Assembly (NCBI GenBank): GCA_964016885.1
Contig: OZ024741.1
Coordinates: forward strand, 309,876,001 to 309,940,000
DNA length: 64,000 bases
Origin: Eledone cirrhosa
Lineage: Eukaryota
Direction: 5' to 3'
Shown here: positions 1 to 13,848 of the stretch, one piece after another
How positions within the stretch are numbered: position 1 is the first letter of the stretch
Layout: each line of letters starts with the position of its first letter
Notes under the pieces: model-generated
Database searches by the model: none
What the model saw: only the letters and a program-made list of their open reading frames with translations
What the model was told of the DNA's origin: nothing
Position numbers and translations under genes: made by a program

Positions 1-39
1 ATATGGTGCATGTATTCTAAAGTCACAGGTAGTACTTCA

Positions 40-960
40 TCACCATCATCCTTTTTCCATACTTGCATGAGTTGCACTGTTTTTTTTCTAGCACAGCTTC
101 CCTCCATTAATTGTGCTCCTTTATCCTCTTCTCTATAATATTTGGCATTTTAAGATCTGCTCTCACTTCTGCCCAAGTTTTCCTTGGTCTCCCACTACTA
201 CAGATTCTTTCCACTGGTAGCTTCTGGTAATTCTTCATCTAACAATCATCCTCCATGTGTATCACATGGCCATACCAGTGTAGTATTCTCTCTTACATAC
301 TATATTTTCTTCGCTTATACTTATTTTCTTTCTCAGCTCATAGACGTTAAAATCACACATCCATCAAAACAGGATTGCTTCATTTCTCTGCATTTATCAC
401 CCATGTTTCACTTCCATGCAACATTGCACTTCTCACAGATGTATCATATAGCCACCTTTCCACTCAGAAAAAGAAACCTTTTGTAGTGAACAGGGGTGGT
501 AGCTTCCTGACCTTTTTCTATCCTGTTCTACTATACTTTCAGAGCAACCTCCTCTACTGGCTATCAATTACTTCTATGGAGACTTCTCAGGATTGGAAAA
601 AGTTTATTTCATTGAGAATCTTACTAACTACCTCTGTGCATAGAAAGGCCACCTCTTCAGTTAATCTTCTTACAATACCACAATATCTAATTGTACATTG
701 TGTACATTGTACAGCTTTTCTACCTATTCCTTTTTACATAACAAGAAGAATTATTTCCTTGATGGAACAGGAGTCCTGTCTTCTTTCCTATTTACTAAAA
801 CTTATTTAAGAATATTCATTGTTGATGTTGTTGCAGCTGCCCTAGTTTTTTTTGGAAACTAAAGTCTTTATTAACTGTTCCCATACACTGCAAATACCCA
901 AGGAAATAGAACTAGAACAAGTACCAATCTATATATTTCCCTTCCAGACATCTAACAGTC
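40..960 (-). mobile_element. Highly degraded RTE fragment
   Basis: Minus-strand remnants resembling the zinc-finger, SIEVIDS and CSESIV region and the CATCATC/GCATG 3' end. Confidence 0.55.
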
Positions 961-1742
961 AGAATCATCCTTCTACACTCCAAATAAAATACTGCCAGAG
1001 TCAACACATCCTTCAATAGTCAATAATATAAGTACCAGGCACATTACTAAGGTTCATTTAATCATCTGTACCTTTCTGAAAACATTTTTGTGACTTAGTG
1101 AAAATGCTATTGCAGTATTTCCTCTGACTCTTTACATTCTGAGTTCAAATCCCATCCTTCCAGGGTTGATAAAATAAAGCACCAGTAACATACTGGAGTC
1201 AATTTAATCGACTTTCCCCTCCTCCCAAATTACTGACTTTGTGCCTATACTAGAAATCATTACTATTATTGTTGTGCGCTTTCACTGCTTTACTAAGCAC
1301 AGTTCAGGAGGCCTTGGGTACATGCAGTTTGTTTTGAGTGTTTCTATTGTATTGAAAGTACTGTATATAATATGTACAGTGCCTAGTAGTCTTATATTCT
1401 GCATGTTGTACATATTTCTAAATCCTAAGGTTTGGGTTATGAATTTGTCTACATGTTTTTTTGGTAATTCTCAAAGCACATATTATTATATAGGGAGTAT
1501 TTATGTTTTCATCATCTACATTCGGGTTATCTCTATTTCCAGATCTTTATATTTAGATAATTTCACCAGTTCTTTCAAAGATAAATTATCATTTGTTGGG
1601 ACTGATACATCAATTAGTATGCATTTCATTTCTATTGGAATTTGACTACAATGTCTGGTTGATTAGTTTTGATCTCCCTGTGTGTATTGGCATATCAAAG
1701 AGTATAGTTGCTTTAACATTCTAAAACTTATTATTATTATTA

Positions 1743-2066
1743 CTAGATGAGGGCAACGTCTTCTCCCACTTTCTGTTACACATACACACACACTTTCTCT
1801 CTCTTTCTAAACAAATGACATTCCTTTTCTCTCTCTATTTATGTACATATCTCTCACTTGGCGCTCTCCCTCTTTCTATATAGATGAGGGCGATATAACA
1901 TTCTGTCTATCTACTTCTTTCTGTCACCTAGAAAACACACAGCATTCCCTTTTCTCTCTCTATCTATGTACATATATCTCACTTGGCACTCCCCCTCTCT
2001 ATATAAATTGAAGGGCAGACAGAGATGGATTGAGGGGCAGACAGAGAACACTTATTATAATATAGA
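1743..2066 (-). mobile_element. Probable short non-autonomous Helitron
   Basis: On the minus strand starts TCTATATTATAATAA and ends CTAG, between A and T; internal direct repeats; no clear 3' hairpin. Confidence 0.5.
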
Positions 2067-2434
2067 TTATAAGATGCACTATTTCATACACAGAGCTATT
2101 GTCTTGGGAAACAACTTAAATGCCACAAACCTTACAATTAGCTCCCAATCACTAAAACATTCAAACTTCATTTCTATATGAGAAACCCTCATTATTATTA
2201 TCATCATCATCACCATTAAAACAATCTAACTGACTGACCTCTGTTATATTTTCTGGTAGAGTTACAGTAAAGACCTGGAAAGAAAGAAAGAAAAAAATTA
2301 TTATTTCGAAAAATGGCTTGAATAGATTTTGTTTTCCTATTTAAACAACTTAACTCCCATATCCTAGCTGTTGCAGAATGTGTAGGAAACATTGTATATG
2401 TGTGTATGTGCATATATATCTATACATGTATATA

Positions 2435-3215
2435 TAATTAGATGAGATGCAGTTTGGTTTTGTACTAGTGAGAAGTCCTTTTTTTAGTGAGACAACTGCA
2501 AGAGAAATTCCTGGCTAAGTGTAAGCCACTATATCTAGCTTTCATAGATCTGGAGAAAGCTTTTGACAGAGTACCACAATCTGTCATCTCATGGTCCTTA
2601 AGGAAACTAGACAAAGAAGAATGGCTAGTGAGAGCAGTGCAAGCCAGGTACAGAGGAGCTGTCAGTAAAGTGGGAGTAGGTAATGAGTTTTTTGAGAAAT
2701 TCAATGTCCAGATAGATGTTCACCAGTGTTCAGTCCTCAGCTCACTCCTGTATAGTTCTCCATGGCCATAACAGAAGAATTTATGACTGGCTGTCCATGG
2801 AAACTTCTGGATACTAACAACTTGGTTCTTATAGCTGAATCTGTGGAAGAGCTAGAGGAGAAATTCTGGCTTAAAAGAGCTTACAGTAAACTTTGGAAAA
2901 ACTGAAGTTTTAGTAAGTAAGGAAAAATGTAGGACCCTGACACAATCAGAGAAGTGGCTTTGCTCAACATGTAAAGGAGTAGGTAGAAACTCTATACAAT
3001 GTCACAATGTAAATCTTGGGACCACAAAAGGAGTAGTGGAATAACAGGCAGACAAATAAAAGGTAGATCTTGTATATGGCAGATGCACAGGGATAGTTGG
3101 TAGTAAGAGCATCAGATATCTAATTAGCAAGAGAAAAGGTTGCTCTGAGAGTATAGTAACTAGAATAAGAACAGAATGGAAAAAGCTCATGGAGTTAGCT
3201 ACTACCTTCTGTTAT
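2435..3215 (+). mobile_element. Degraded RTE (PHD-type family) fragment
   Basis: LDEMQFG…VRQLQEKFLAKCKPLYLAFIDLEKAFDRVP with many frameshifts. Confidence 0.85.
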
Positions 3216-4074
3216 TTCTTAAAGCTGATTCCTGTGGAATTTGAATTTAGAACATGGAAAAATAAGACAAACTACTGAAAGGCATTTTCCACCAACATTC
3301 TACTACACCTACAACTCCACTGTTAGTGATTCTAATAATTTGTATATATATTTACATTTGCAAAAAATAGAAAAAATAAATTGCTCATTAGCCAATGACG
3401 AGTCCTCTACATAGCCGGTCAATCTGCTAGAAATAGCAGCCAAATCTCCATAAAGTCACTTTGAACCAACTTAATAAAAAGATGCATTTTATAATGTAGA
3501 CCAAGATACATTCTTCCTGAAAATAAGATGAGATGGTCATGGCTAGAATGCCATTGAATATAAATCTAGTTAATCAGGGCCAACTTGAAGCTAAACAATA
3601 TAAGAGATTATATGAATCCGATTCACATGAAATGGTTTATCTCCAGGAAACTTATTGAGGATCAGCATGAGTGACGAGTATAGTTTTGTTTGTTCTCAAC
3701 ATGAAAAATAAACAACAGTTATTGATTAATCAATTAATCCTTGAGTGAAGGTAAAGTTAGTATCTATAAGCACAGATCAATGCTGCTAAATCAGTCAACT
3801 GATGGCTGTCAAACTTTTCTTCCATTCCACATTTCTTATCCTACCAGATAAAAGAAATGAATTAAATAAAATAAAGCCAGTCAAATCAATGCTGTAAAAT
3901 CAATATAACTGTTTTTCTTAATGAAATTATGGAAAGGAAATGTAGAGAACCTGAGCACTATACAATAATTTTCATTATTATTTTAAATATATCTTTAAAG
4001 CTCCAGAAAGAGAATAGGATAATTCAATAAACTGTTCATATATTACAACACATGAAGCCTTACAGCTACAACAC

Positions 4075-4420
4075 TATGGCATGAAGGAAGCCTCTATTTG
4101 GTTACTCAAACTGTTAGAAGTAGCAGTTATATACCATACCATTATGGTAGGAAGGAAGCCTCTATGTGGTCGCACAAACTGTTAAAAGTAGCAGTTATAT
4201 ACCATACCATTATGGCATGAAGGAAGCCTCTATGTGGTCACTCAAACTGCTAGAAGTAGCAGTTATATACCACACCATTATGGCACGAAGGAAGCCTTTA
4301 TGTGGTCACACAAATTGCTAGAAACAGCAGCTGTATACCATACTACTATGGCAGACTTAGGTTAACCAGAGAACCTCAGCGTGGTTGCTAAAAACTGCTA
4401 AAAATTGCAACCATATACCA
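4075..4420 (+). repeat. 68-bp minisatellite, about 5 units
   Basis: tatggc…gaaggaagcctctatgtggtcactcaaactgctagaagtagcag units start at 4075, 4143, 4211, 4279, 4347. Confidence 0.9.
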
Positions 4421-5109
4421 CAGGTATAGCATGGGTTGCACAGGATATGTTGAGGCAGTGTTTTATACAGGAATACATTGTACCTAACCTAAGACATTCT
4501 ATAATGCAGTCCTAGACACACTATGTCTAGAAGGAAAAAAAGATAGGTGGGCTGGAATGTCTTAGATAAGTTACATCTGACCTGGAGTGATACCTTCTTC
4601 AGCAGCAACCTGGTCCGTTCAGTGACAAACCCAGGCTTCATTGCCTGACAAGCCAAAGATCACAAGCTGTTGAAGTATCAGTTGCTTTCCAATAAGTTTG
4701 TTATTAAAACTAAAGCAGTGGAAATTTCTAGCATTCTTGACTCCTAGATCACCTCCCTATTCATTATCATCAGGTTGGATTTGGGCACCCACAGGAATGA
4801 ACCCCTCGATTTTGAATGGCCATTCCAACGTGTCTCCAATGTGCCATCCTCCTGGGCACTACATTCTGTCTGCACCAGGAGTCCTGCATGACAGGGAGTG
4901 CACTCCCCAACACTGTCTGGGCTGAAATCTTTGGAGTGGTAATGTTTGAGCACACTTTTGGAATTAAAGTCAACTAAAACGGTGATGATTTAATAACAAT
5001 ATATTTGTAATGTTTAGACTTAATCCTTTCATTACTATATTTCTAATGAAGACACTATCACAGTTAGTATAATAAACATTCCGTTTCGTAGCTTTTCATT
5101 CATTTCACT

Positions 5110-5544
5110 TTAACCCTTTAGCATTCACATTACTCTATATATACTATTATATTTTCATAGTAAAGGGGCGGTGGATTGGCAGTATCGGTAGAGGGTCAGA
5201 CGCCATGCTTTGATGCATAGAGTTACGGCCCTTGCCATTCTGAGTTCAAATCCCGCCGAGGTTAACTTTGCTTTCATCCTTACGGGGTCGATAAAATAAA
5301 GTACCAGTAACACACTGGAATAATTGCTGGCCTTGTGCCAAAAGTAGAAACAATTATATTTTCATGGTAAAGGCTTTACCTCGCATAATTATCTCACATA
5401 ATATCGAATCTATGAGATTTTGAGAGTATTTATTTTGAAAACAATACCTTAACATTAGTTTGAGTGACCAGTTACAGCCAGTTTCAACAGAAAGAGGTAG
5501 AGAATTCCGGCCAGTTTTGGCCGGTTTGAACATTAAAGGGTTAA
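5110..5544. mobile_element. TTAA-flanked piggyBac-like MITE containing a SINE (5167-5352, about 21-bp TSD)
   Basis: TTAA-CCCTTTA…TAAAGGG-TTAA; empty sister copy at 25502-25711; TSD attatattttcatRgtaaagg. Confidence 0.8.
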
Positions 5545-6931
5545 ACCATCAAACAATGACATGCATTTATTTCTTATCCTTGATTTGATTTAATTTGCAC
5601 ATCTTTTGTAATAAACACTCTTACCAACCCCTCCCTCCTCCTCCAGGCTCTACGCCAGGACTATATTAATAGTTTGAAAACAACAATGATATACTTCATG
5701 AAACCCTAGTCATGTATAAATGAAGGTGTGTATATCATGACTCATACATTGTTCACTTCCCAGACACTTGTACATTATTATATGTTCTATACATGCACCT
5801 TTGATGAGTTGTAGTGCACCTGAGCACTATACACAATAATTTTCATTATTAAATATGTGACAAAAAAAAATCAATGATAAAAGGTGAGAAGACATATTTA
5901 AAGTCAATATTTTGCTTGTTTTCACCAACTTCAACATCTACATAAAAAAGTGCCAAAATATCTCGAGTGATAGCTTTACAATGAAACATTATTTTACTAC
6001 ATTTTAGATGCATTTTTACAAAATATTTTAGCACTCAGTCTTTATGTTTTCATTTCTCCCAGCATGTGAGCAGCCAGTTCCCTAATTTCCATTAATTAAA
6101 TGTTCTAATATACAGGTGAAAAGCTTTAATAATTTTGCATAAAATCGATTTACTTGTCTGATACTAAATGTTATTTTAAGGCATGTGTTTCATTTGATTT
6201 GAATGTTAAATAAAAACTTGTTACATTTGGAAGATGGTGCTGTTGTTGTCTGCTAAAAGAAAGTAAAGAAAAACTTACTGAAACTTTATAAAATGGATGA
6301 AAGGTTAAAACATTATTATGTAATGGAGTTGTGAAACAAAACCTATACTCTAAAAGCAATTCAAAACATTTTATATATCAAAATATTAAAACTTCATAAA
6401 ACCTTTCTCCATATATGGGAATTTACGAAACTGCCATTTCTCAGATATAAAAAAGGAGGTTCACTTATATACACAAGTATATATGGGAAATAAAATCTAA
6501 CATGCTCTCCCAAATTCAATAATATTGTCCTCTTTGCTCACTTATTTTTGAGAGAGTTGTGGGATGCAGATACCTCAGTCATGCCTTCCAGAAGGTCCCA
6601 TTGGAAGCAACTGTCCCCCAAATGATCCAGCTAGATCCCCAAGCAAGACTAACCAAGGTTATAGGTATTATCGAAACATCTTACTCATGGTCGACCTCTG
6701 GGTCTCCTGCTGGTTTGCTTTGCCCATAAAATCTGTCCTGTAATTCTTTCTTTAAACATTCTAACCACATGTCAAAATATATATTGTCAAAATACTTGTT
6801 GACAATTTACTTCTATTAACCTTTTCATTACCATATTTTCTAGTGAAAGACACTGCCTATAATTTTCACAATAAGTATGAGAAAGGGTTTAGTAATATAA
6901 CAAGCTTTCTCTTCATTAAGCTGGTGTTTAG

Positions 6932-8097
6932 ACTCAGACTCAGAAGCTCCCGTGTCTTGCGACGCATGAGGCAATCATAGTGTTCCACCACGTTCGGTCA
7001 GCAGCCAGTTGCACAGCGTCCCGCCATTGTCTGTTTTCGCTCGCAGGTCCCTCTCAACTGTCTGGCGCCAGTTCATTTTGGGTCGCCCTCTCCGTCTGCT
7101 TCCCTGTGGGTTCCATTTAAGTACTTGGTTCGCCAGTCTCTCCGGGGGAAGTCTCAAAGCGTGCCCAAACCAACCCAGGCGTCGCTTGCAGATGGCAGAA
7201 GAGACTAGCTGCTGGTTGGTGCGGTTCCTGACTTCCTGGTTTGTTACATGGTCACTCCATTTAATCCTCAGGATCTTTCGCAGACACCTGGAATCGAATG
7301 CGTTCAACTTCTTCTCTTGGCTGGTCTTAAGGTGCCATGTTTCACTTCCGTACAAGAGTGTGGACAGCACGTTGCTGTTGTAGAATCTCATCTTTGTTTT
7401 GATGGTGAACTTCCTGCTCTTCCAGATCTTGACAAGCTGGTTAAATGCTGCTGAAGCCTTTCCCATTCTACATTGCAGTTCACTGTCCATGGCGCCCCCA
7501 TTGTCAATGGAGCTTCCTAGGTAGGTGAAGTTGTCCACTATCTCCACCTCCCCCTGTTCAATGAAAACACTAGTTGGTGATGGGTGTGTCCCAGATAACA
7601 TGCTTTTGGTCTTCTTAGCACTGATATTGAGACCTAAGCTTCCTGCTTCGACATTGATATCGTTCATAATGATTTGCAGGTCAGCTGTGCTCTCTGCAAG
7701 TGCAACAATATCGTCCGCAAAGTCCAGGTCAGACAACTTTTGCTCTCCCACCCAAGATATACCCTTGTCTTTAGACGCTCTTCTTAGTACCCAGTCAATG
7801 GCTATGGCAAAGAGAATTGGAGAGAGCGAGCAACCCTGATGCACACCAGTAACCACCTCAAACCAGTCACTGTAACCATCCTCTGTCCGTATGCAGCACT
7901 TGGAGTTTGCGTAAATCTGTTTGATTGCCGAAATGACTTTCTGGGGCAGACCATACTCATGCATGATGCTCCCGAGTGACGGTCGATGAATGCTATCGAA
8001 TGCTTTGGAGAAATCGATGAAGCTGACGGCGAGGGGCCTCTGGAATTAGTTGTACCTCTCAATGATGCGGCGTAACGTAAAGATCTGCTCTGCACAT
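6932..8097 (-). mobile_element. 5'-truncated RTE-clade LINE of a second family (no zinc finger)
   Basis: ORF 6975-7964 with GVHQGCSLSP, DFADD, FTYLGS, LLYGSETW, WFGHALR, RRRGRP; (CTGAGT)n tail; TSD GTGTTTAG at 6924-6931 and 8098-8105. Confidence 0.92.
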
Positions 8098-9979
8098 GTG
8101 TTTAGGGCATAACTTAAATATTCTTACATAAAATTAACATTGAAGGTTTTTAAGATAAATATAAACACTTTAAAATAGTTTTGTACCTTGTTAGGAAGGG
8201 CATTCAGCTGTAGAAACCATGCCAAAATTTGAGCCAAAGTATGAGCAAGTTTGAGCAAGACCTAGTCATCTGACATGTCTGGCTTCAGAACCTGACTAAC
8301 CCATACAAGCACGGAAAATAGATGTAAAATGATAATGATGCCGATGATGAAAACCAGGATTGGTTTCAAGTAGTTTGGTATTAAAAAAGGTTAATGCTCA
8401 CAGCATAGAGAGATAATCTTGACATAGTTTCGCAAGGAAACAAAATAGGTGATATGATTACAGTTTATAGTGAACAACAAAAAGAAGCCACAACAAATGA
8501 GTTGATTTCTAGTTTCAGAAACTATAGGTCAAACATATCTTTATGTAGGGCGGAAATAATTATTGTTCTGCTATATAATGATAGATCTGGCTTATTAGAG
8601 GTTTAGTAAAGGAAGGGAAGCACATGCGTGAATGAATAAGGAATCAGTACTTGTCAGCTATTTACTTGCATATGGTGTTAACACACTATTTTTACAAGTG
8701 TGTGCCTGTGTGTAAATTTCTGCTATCTACTTTCATATGGCTTTAGCATACACTTTTTTACACATACACACGTGTGTGCATGTGTACATTTCTGCTATTT
8801 ACTTGTATATAGTGTTAACACACACGTATAAGTAGATTTCTGTTAGGGTGAATGTGTGTGAATATAGTATTTTTAGCCAGAGTGAATCACCAATTTCAGT
8901 CGGTGTGAGTTGAATTCATTTCACTGATAGTTTGACATGTTAGCCTATGGAAAAACTGCTGTAGAATGATGATGGTAATGATATTTATGTATATATGCAG
9001 CTATAATAACATCTGATGAGGTTGTAGGGGCATTTTAAAAAGTTAGTGAAATTCATCCTCTTCAAGGTCTAAATGCAGCTGATTTCTTCCAGAGAATTCT
9101 CTCACCTCTTTCTGTTCAAACTGGCTGTAACTGGCCACTCATACTGATAAGGTATTGTTCTCAAAATAAATAATATCAAAATCTCATAGATTTGATATTA
9201 TGTGAGATAAAGCTGTAATGTGGCCGTGTAGGTAACATGGTAAAAACCTCCCAGTCCACACTGTAAATGTAGTTGGTGTTAGGAAGGGCATCCAACCATA
9301 GAAAACCCGCCAGACAGTCCTATATGAGCAAGACAACCAATCTTGCCTCAAGTGGGACAATTCCCGTCTAAACCTATGCTAGCGTGGAAGATAGACGTTA
9401 AACGATGATGATGATGAAAGCCTTTACCGTGAAAATATAATAGTAAATATAGAGTAACGTAAATGCTAAAAGGTTAAACTACACCCTACTGTCTTTAAAA
9501 AAAGAACACATTGAATAATATAGTACTAAATAAAATATTATTCTTTTACTCACTTTAGTCATTAGAGTGTCACCATGCTAAGTACAGCCTTGAAGGGATT
9601 CAGTTCATCATATCAACCCCAGTATTTCTTTTTTCAAGTCTGATACTTATCAATCTCTTTTTGTTGAGCTGTTAAGTTACAGAACATAAACACACACACA
9701 TATTCATATACACATATGTGCTACACAGTGTGAGTGAATCTGGAATATGTTTTTGAAGCAAGGCTCTTAACTACATAGCTATACCTGCTGAAAAGATTAT
9801 ATATATACAAGAGGAATGAAGTTAGATGATTAACATAGCCTTGGTTGTTTATATGTGTGTGTGCATGTGTATTTATTTACATACATAAATAATCAATCTG
9901 CCTTCGTATTATCACTGGTATAGCTTCTATCCTTGTATTGAGTTTTACTATTAATATGTATATTTTTATTCTTTTTCTT

Positions 9980-11255
9980 AGCCCACTTATTTCTGAGAGG
10001 GTTGAGGTAGCAGAGTCCTCAGATATGCTTCCAGAGGGTCCTATCGGAAGCAACTGTTTCTAAATAATCCAGCTGTATCCCCAAGCAACACTAGTTGAGG
10101 TTATGGATGTTATCCAACTATCTTGCTCAAGGTATACTTCTGGGCTTCTTGTTGGTTTGCTTTACCTATATATGTCCTGTAATTCTTTCCATAGACATTT
10201 TAACCACATGCCCATAGTACCAGAGCTGTGATTGCTCGATGCAGAGAAATAGCAGCTCTATCTGGAGCAACTCCCTGATCTGTGAGCTGTGCACCCTATC
10301 AAGCAGCATTACTCCAGAGACTCTTTGGAGTTACCCCATTTCAGCTGCTTATATTCACAATTTTATTCTTTCAGTCACTACCCAAGATTTATAACCATAC
10401 AGGCATGAATACCAAATTGAAGATAGCGAGTTTGGTCTTTATACCTACCTTCCCCTCTTCTAATGACAAAGTGCTCTACCTGGAGCATTATTACTTGAAC
10501 TTCTACACCTGCATTGCATGTAATTGTTACTCCACTCACATGCAATACACAGGCTTTCTGCTTTCTCAAGAGAATGAATGCCTCAATTCTCACGGCACTA
10601 ATTTTCATTCTTGTTTTGCAGAACTTGGCAACAAAGCTATGCAGTGAGGTAGTACCATGCCTTCTGCAAATATCAGCTGACTGATCCTACAGTTGCCTAT
10701 TTTGATACCCTATCCACCTCAGCTACATATGGCAATTTTATTCATGAAGATTATGAACAGAAGAAGTGATAGTACATACCTCTGATGAAGTTCAAAACCT
10801 ACACTAAAAAGGTTTGACAACACCATTTATCTAAACACAAAGATTCAAGGACTTCAAGGCAAGAAGTTATCAGTCAAAAACCTTCCACATGTTCTGTGAT
10901 ATGTGGTCATATGCCTTTTCGAGGTCCACAGATCAAGCACATACCTCTTGGCAATACTCCAATGGTTTCTCAAAGATCCGCTGCAGGGTAAATATTTGGT
11001 CAGCTGTGGACAGAAACCACGGTTTGTCAGCTAGCTTGGACAACATGCTTTCCTCTCTTTGCCAGACACTTAGCATAGACTTTACTGGGGAGGCTTAACA
11101 AGGAGATCCCTCTATAATTAGAGCAATCTTTATTGTCTCCCTTTTTGAAAATTGGGATTTTCACTCCCAATTGCCATTGCTTTGGTGTCTTTTCAGAGAT
11201 CCAGGCCACCCAGCACATAAGTTAACCAAAACATACCTTCTCTATTTAAGGCTTA
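9980..11255 (-). mobile_element. Degraded RTE-like LINE (third family); related 3' fragment at about 6540-6775
   Basis: WQLGVKIPIFKKGDNKDCSNYRGISLLSLPSKVYAKCL; shared sequence ggaagcaactg…atccagct…ccccaagca in both places. Confidence 0.7.
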
Positions 11256-11288
11256 ATATACAGCTGCAGTGACACATATATACATATA

Positions 11289-12790
11289 TCTACTAATATT
11301 ACCGAAAAATGACAAGTGTAAATGAAATAGAAAGAATAGAAACTATTAAATGTATTGGATATTTCATTAAGGAAATATCTAATTAAAAACAGAATTCATG
11401 GTAATCTTGCCGATTACATGCGTAATTAAAATGAGAAATGTAAAACTGGATTTTTTTACCCAAAATCTTTTTTCAGTTCTTAAATATGTTTAGTAATAGT
11501 AATGAAATTTCCACCGTTGCAAATAGTATATACTTAAAGGTTCATCTATGTGTAATTCCATTTTTGAGGAATAAAAAGATTGTTAATTTACAAGAATACA
11601 CCCGAAAACAAACCTTATTCGTTTCGCTAAATTATTTTATTTCTTTTTTCTTTTTAGATTCCCCATTATCGCATGAGATCCACAAGAAAGGAAGCGCATA
11701 AGAACAAAATAAGCACATTTCGTTATTTCCACAGAAGCAGAAAACAAATACGTTTCGTTATTTCGATTTCGCATCTGGAAATTTTACTTTCACTTTAATG
11801 AAATCCTATACCCAAAATTCGACTTGTCAAAAGAATTATCCATTTTAAGAGAAAACAACAAAATTGCAAATGCACTATTATATCGAAGGGTTATGATACA
11901 TAAGATGACAAAACATTATAAGTTCTCTGTATAAATAAATATGCGTGTATGTATTTGCAAACGAATACGATTTGGTTGACTGACGAAGTATTGGGAAATT
12001 TAAAGTTTGGAAATATAGTCGCCACAATGCAGACAAATTCTTTTTTTCTGTCTTAAGAGGGTACTTTACCCGATTTTATTCGACTATTATTCATATTTAT
12101 TAACAATTATAAATATTATTTGCATTGTGGCGATTATATTTCTAATACATAAATACATTTTTATGTACACGTATATTTTGGCATTTATATGTGTGTATGA
12201 ACAATGTAATTTATATTTTAACAGCAAATTGTGATTATGTATATAAAGTACATACATGTATAGAGAGTTGAAATGACAAGCTCTTTAACAAACTACAGCA
12301 TTTTTAAATACCGATTCGAGATAGCAGGCAAATGGTTTATCCTTTATCGGTGATATAGGTTCATTCGAGTGTATCTGTTCGCTCCGTGAATACTTTTCAA
12401 TTCTCGATGTTTAAAATCATGGATGCATATACGTATGTATGTGAGGCTCCAACACTGTCATAACTGTGATGACAACCCATGTAAAGAAAGATATAATAAT
12501 AGCTCAACTTTTCAGATGATTATAAATTTGATTAACCAAATTCATTGAACTATCCAGTGAAACGTGTATCTTCATTACATACGACGACACATGTATGTTT
12601 TGGAAGATGATAGAGGAAAAACTCCCACACCCTTAATTTAGCAAATCATGTTACATCTCACCACGGTTCAAACACAGCTGTTTCCCAGTGTTGACAGTAG
12701 AGGTATGCAAGAGTGTATACATACACACACATAGTCATACTTGAGTATCTTATCACCAAACATTAGCAGGCGTACGAAACATATGACTAG
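11289..12790 (+). mobile_element. Possible non-autonomous Helitron
   Basis: A|TCTACTAATATTA start, CTAG|T end, decayed CGTACG/CATATG palindrome just before the end. Confidence 0.4.
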
Positions 12791-13588
12791 TAATTAAGAA
12801 AGAAATGTTTTCATATTAAGAAATGCATTTTTTTTCAATAAAATTCAGAGTTCCATCGCTGTAATTCGATATATATATATAAGAATGGTTTTCATGAGAA
12901 GAGCCACGGTTAAATAAGGTACTGAATACATAAAGAAGGTACACATTTCATATAGAAATGACTTCTTCAGGACTAAAACTGTTTCATTCGTTTGAAACCC
13001 TGATGGTTTCAAACGAATGATACACTTCTAGTTCTGTAGAAGCCATTTCTATATGAAACATATATTTCTTAATACTTGAGATGCAGCCTTGAACTGTGTG
13101 TGGTTCTTTCTATTTCGTGTTATTCTGGGTTGTCATTCATAATAAATTTGTGTGTGTATATATGTATGCTGCATATCTATTTACTTTCTTCCTCTTAACC
13201 ATGACTCATATTAGCGTGAAAGAAAACACGGAGGTTGAAGGATTAGTAACGGTGGATATATATATATAAGGTATATAAAAATATAGTAAATAAAAAAGAA
13301 GTCATTTTACTATATTTTTATATACGATATAAACACACACACACACATATATATATATATTGTTATACTTGGGGAGGGTCATATTGTAATAATATTGCCA
13401 GAATTAATAACAGAACACACTCACTGTTTGGTTGGTTTTCGCTTCCGTATCTTTTATATCAGTTAATTTATTCGGTCCTCAATGTTTACCATTGACTGAC
13501 CAACGGTCCAAAATACAGATATAATATAGACACAAACACATATATATAGTCTAACAAAGTTCTTTCGTTGCACATCTGCAACATCGTC

Positions 13589-13635
<47 letters not shown>

Positions 13636-13848
13636 AAATTCAGGATGGGTAATGCAATAGTGATGTTAAAACCAAATTAATACAAATATACATAACGAAA
13701 TAAATACCAGTAATATACTGTTCTATTATCGATTCTGACACTTAGTCTTGTGCCTGTGTCAAAGAATATAATAATTGTACCAAAAGGGGAAATAGAACAC
13801 ACGAAATATTATATAAAGGCAAAAAGAAAAAGCTGAGTAAATACAGAC

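Noticed and set aside
3750-3870. Minus-strand pyrimidine tract plus AG as possible exon 2 of the PX-domain gene
   Set aside because: All three frames hit stops quickly and none resembles the expected WKRYxDF PX continuation.
5167-5260. tRNA-like A/B boxes here and in other SINE heads
   Set aside because: They continue into SINE core and tail sequence and form no complete cloverleaf, so they are not tRNA genes.
9013-9050. Isolated CTGATGA motifs (also about 10782, 59383)
   Set aside because: No stem II or GAAA at the right spacing; chance matches.
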